DNA of 63,119 nt, filler included, from Octopus bimaculoides (lineage: Eukaryota): NCBI RefSeq assembly GCF_001194135.2. It is 6 parts of 6 records of this genome, joined end to end, with 100 filler letters (N's around TTAATTAATTAA, not from the genome) between each part and the next. Parts side by side here need not be neighbours in the genome. Positions count along the whole stretch, not along the records: positions 60,091 to 63,119 come from NC_068997.1; 5 more parts are not named here. One strand, written 5' to 3'. Shown here in pieces: positions 62,984 to 63,119 of the stretch. Within the stretch, counting starts at the first letter, position 1, and the number at the start of each line of letters is the position of its first letter. The notes below the pieces were generated by a model. The model ran no database searches. It was not told where the DNA came from and saw nothing but the letters and a program-made list of their open reading frames with translations. The translations under genes and the position numbers were made by a program.

Positions 62984-63119
62984 ATTACATTTATTATTAA
63001 AATTACATTTAGTTTTATCTAAACATGTACAATTTAATTTTTTTTATAAATTGATTATAATTGAGTTTTTACCTGTAATTTTGGATTCTGTCCCTAATAT
63101 TATATATATATATATATAT

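Overview
AT-rich, gap-riddled, non-coding animal DNA. The microsatellite density and the SINE families look cephalopod (Octopus-like); this assignment is from recall and has not been searched. No complete protein-coding gene, true tRNA/rRNA gene or CRISPR array is visible. Most long ORFs in the track are artefacts of microsatellites or N-runs. The window is a layered transposon graveyard: tRNA-derived SINEs with interchangeable heads and tails; decayed mariner, Tc1, maT, Tigger, Chapaev3-like and hAT DNA transposons; and non-LTR retrotransposon fragments (R4/Dong-, HERO- and Tx1/L1-type, plus a Penelope-like GIY-YIG endonuclease). The most striking signal is a recurring set of minimal type I hammerhead-ribozyme (HHR) motifs. 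Three identical cores sit at the apex of a ~480-bp palindrome (34.7-35.2 kb). Two copies of a short element join a Pol III B-box, an (AAT)n tract and an HHR (23.8 and 28.2 kb). A decayed HHR lies at 50.0 kb. Together with the GIY-YIG fragment, these suggest ribozyme-bearing non-autonomous retroelements mobilised by Penelope-like elements (inference). A few splice-bounded exon candidates and an NRF1/ETS/YY1-type promoter at 60.55-60.63 kb suggest the region may be intronic to an unidentified host gene.
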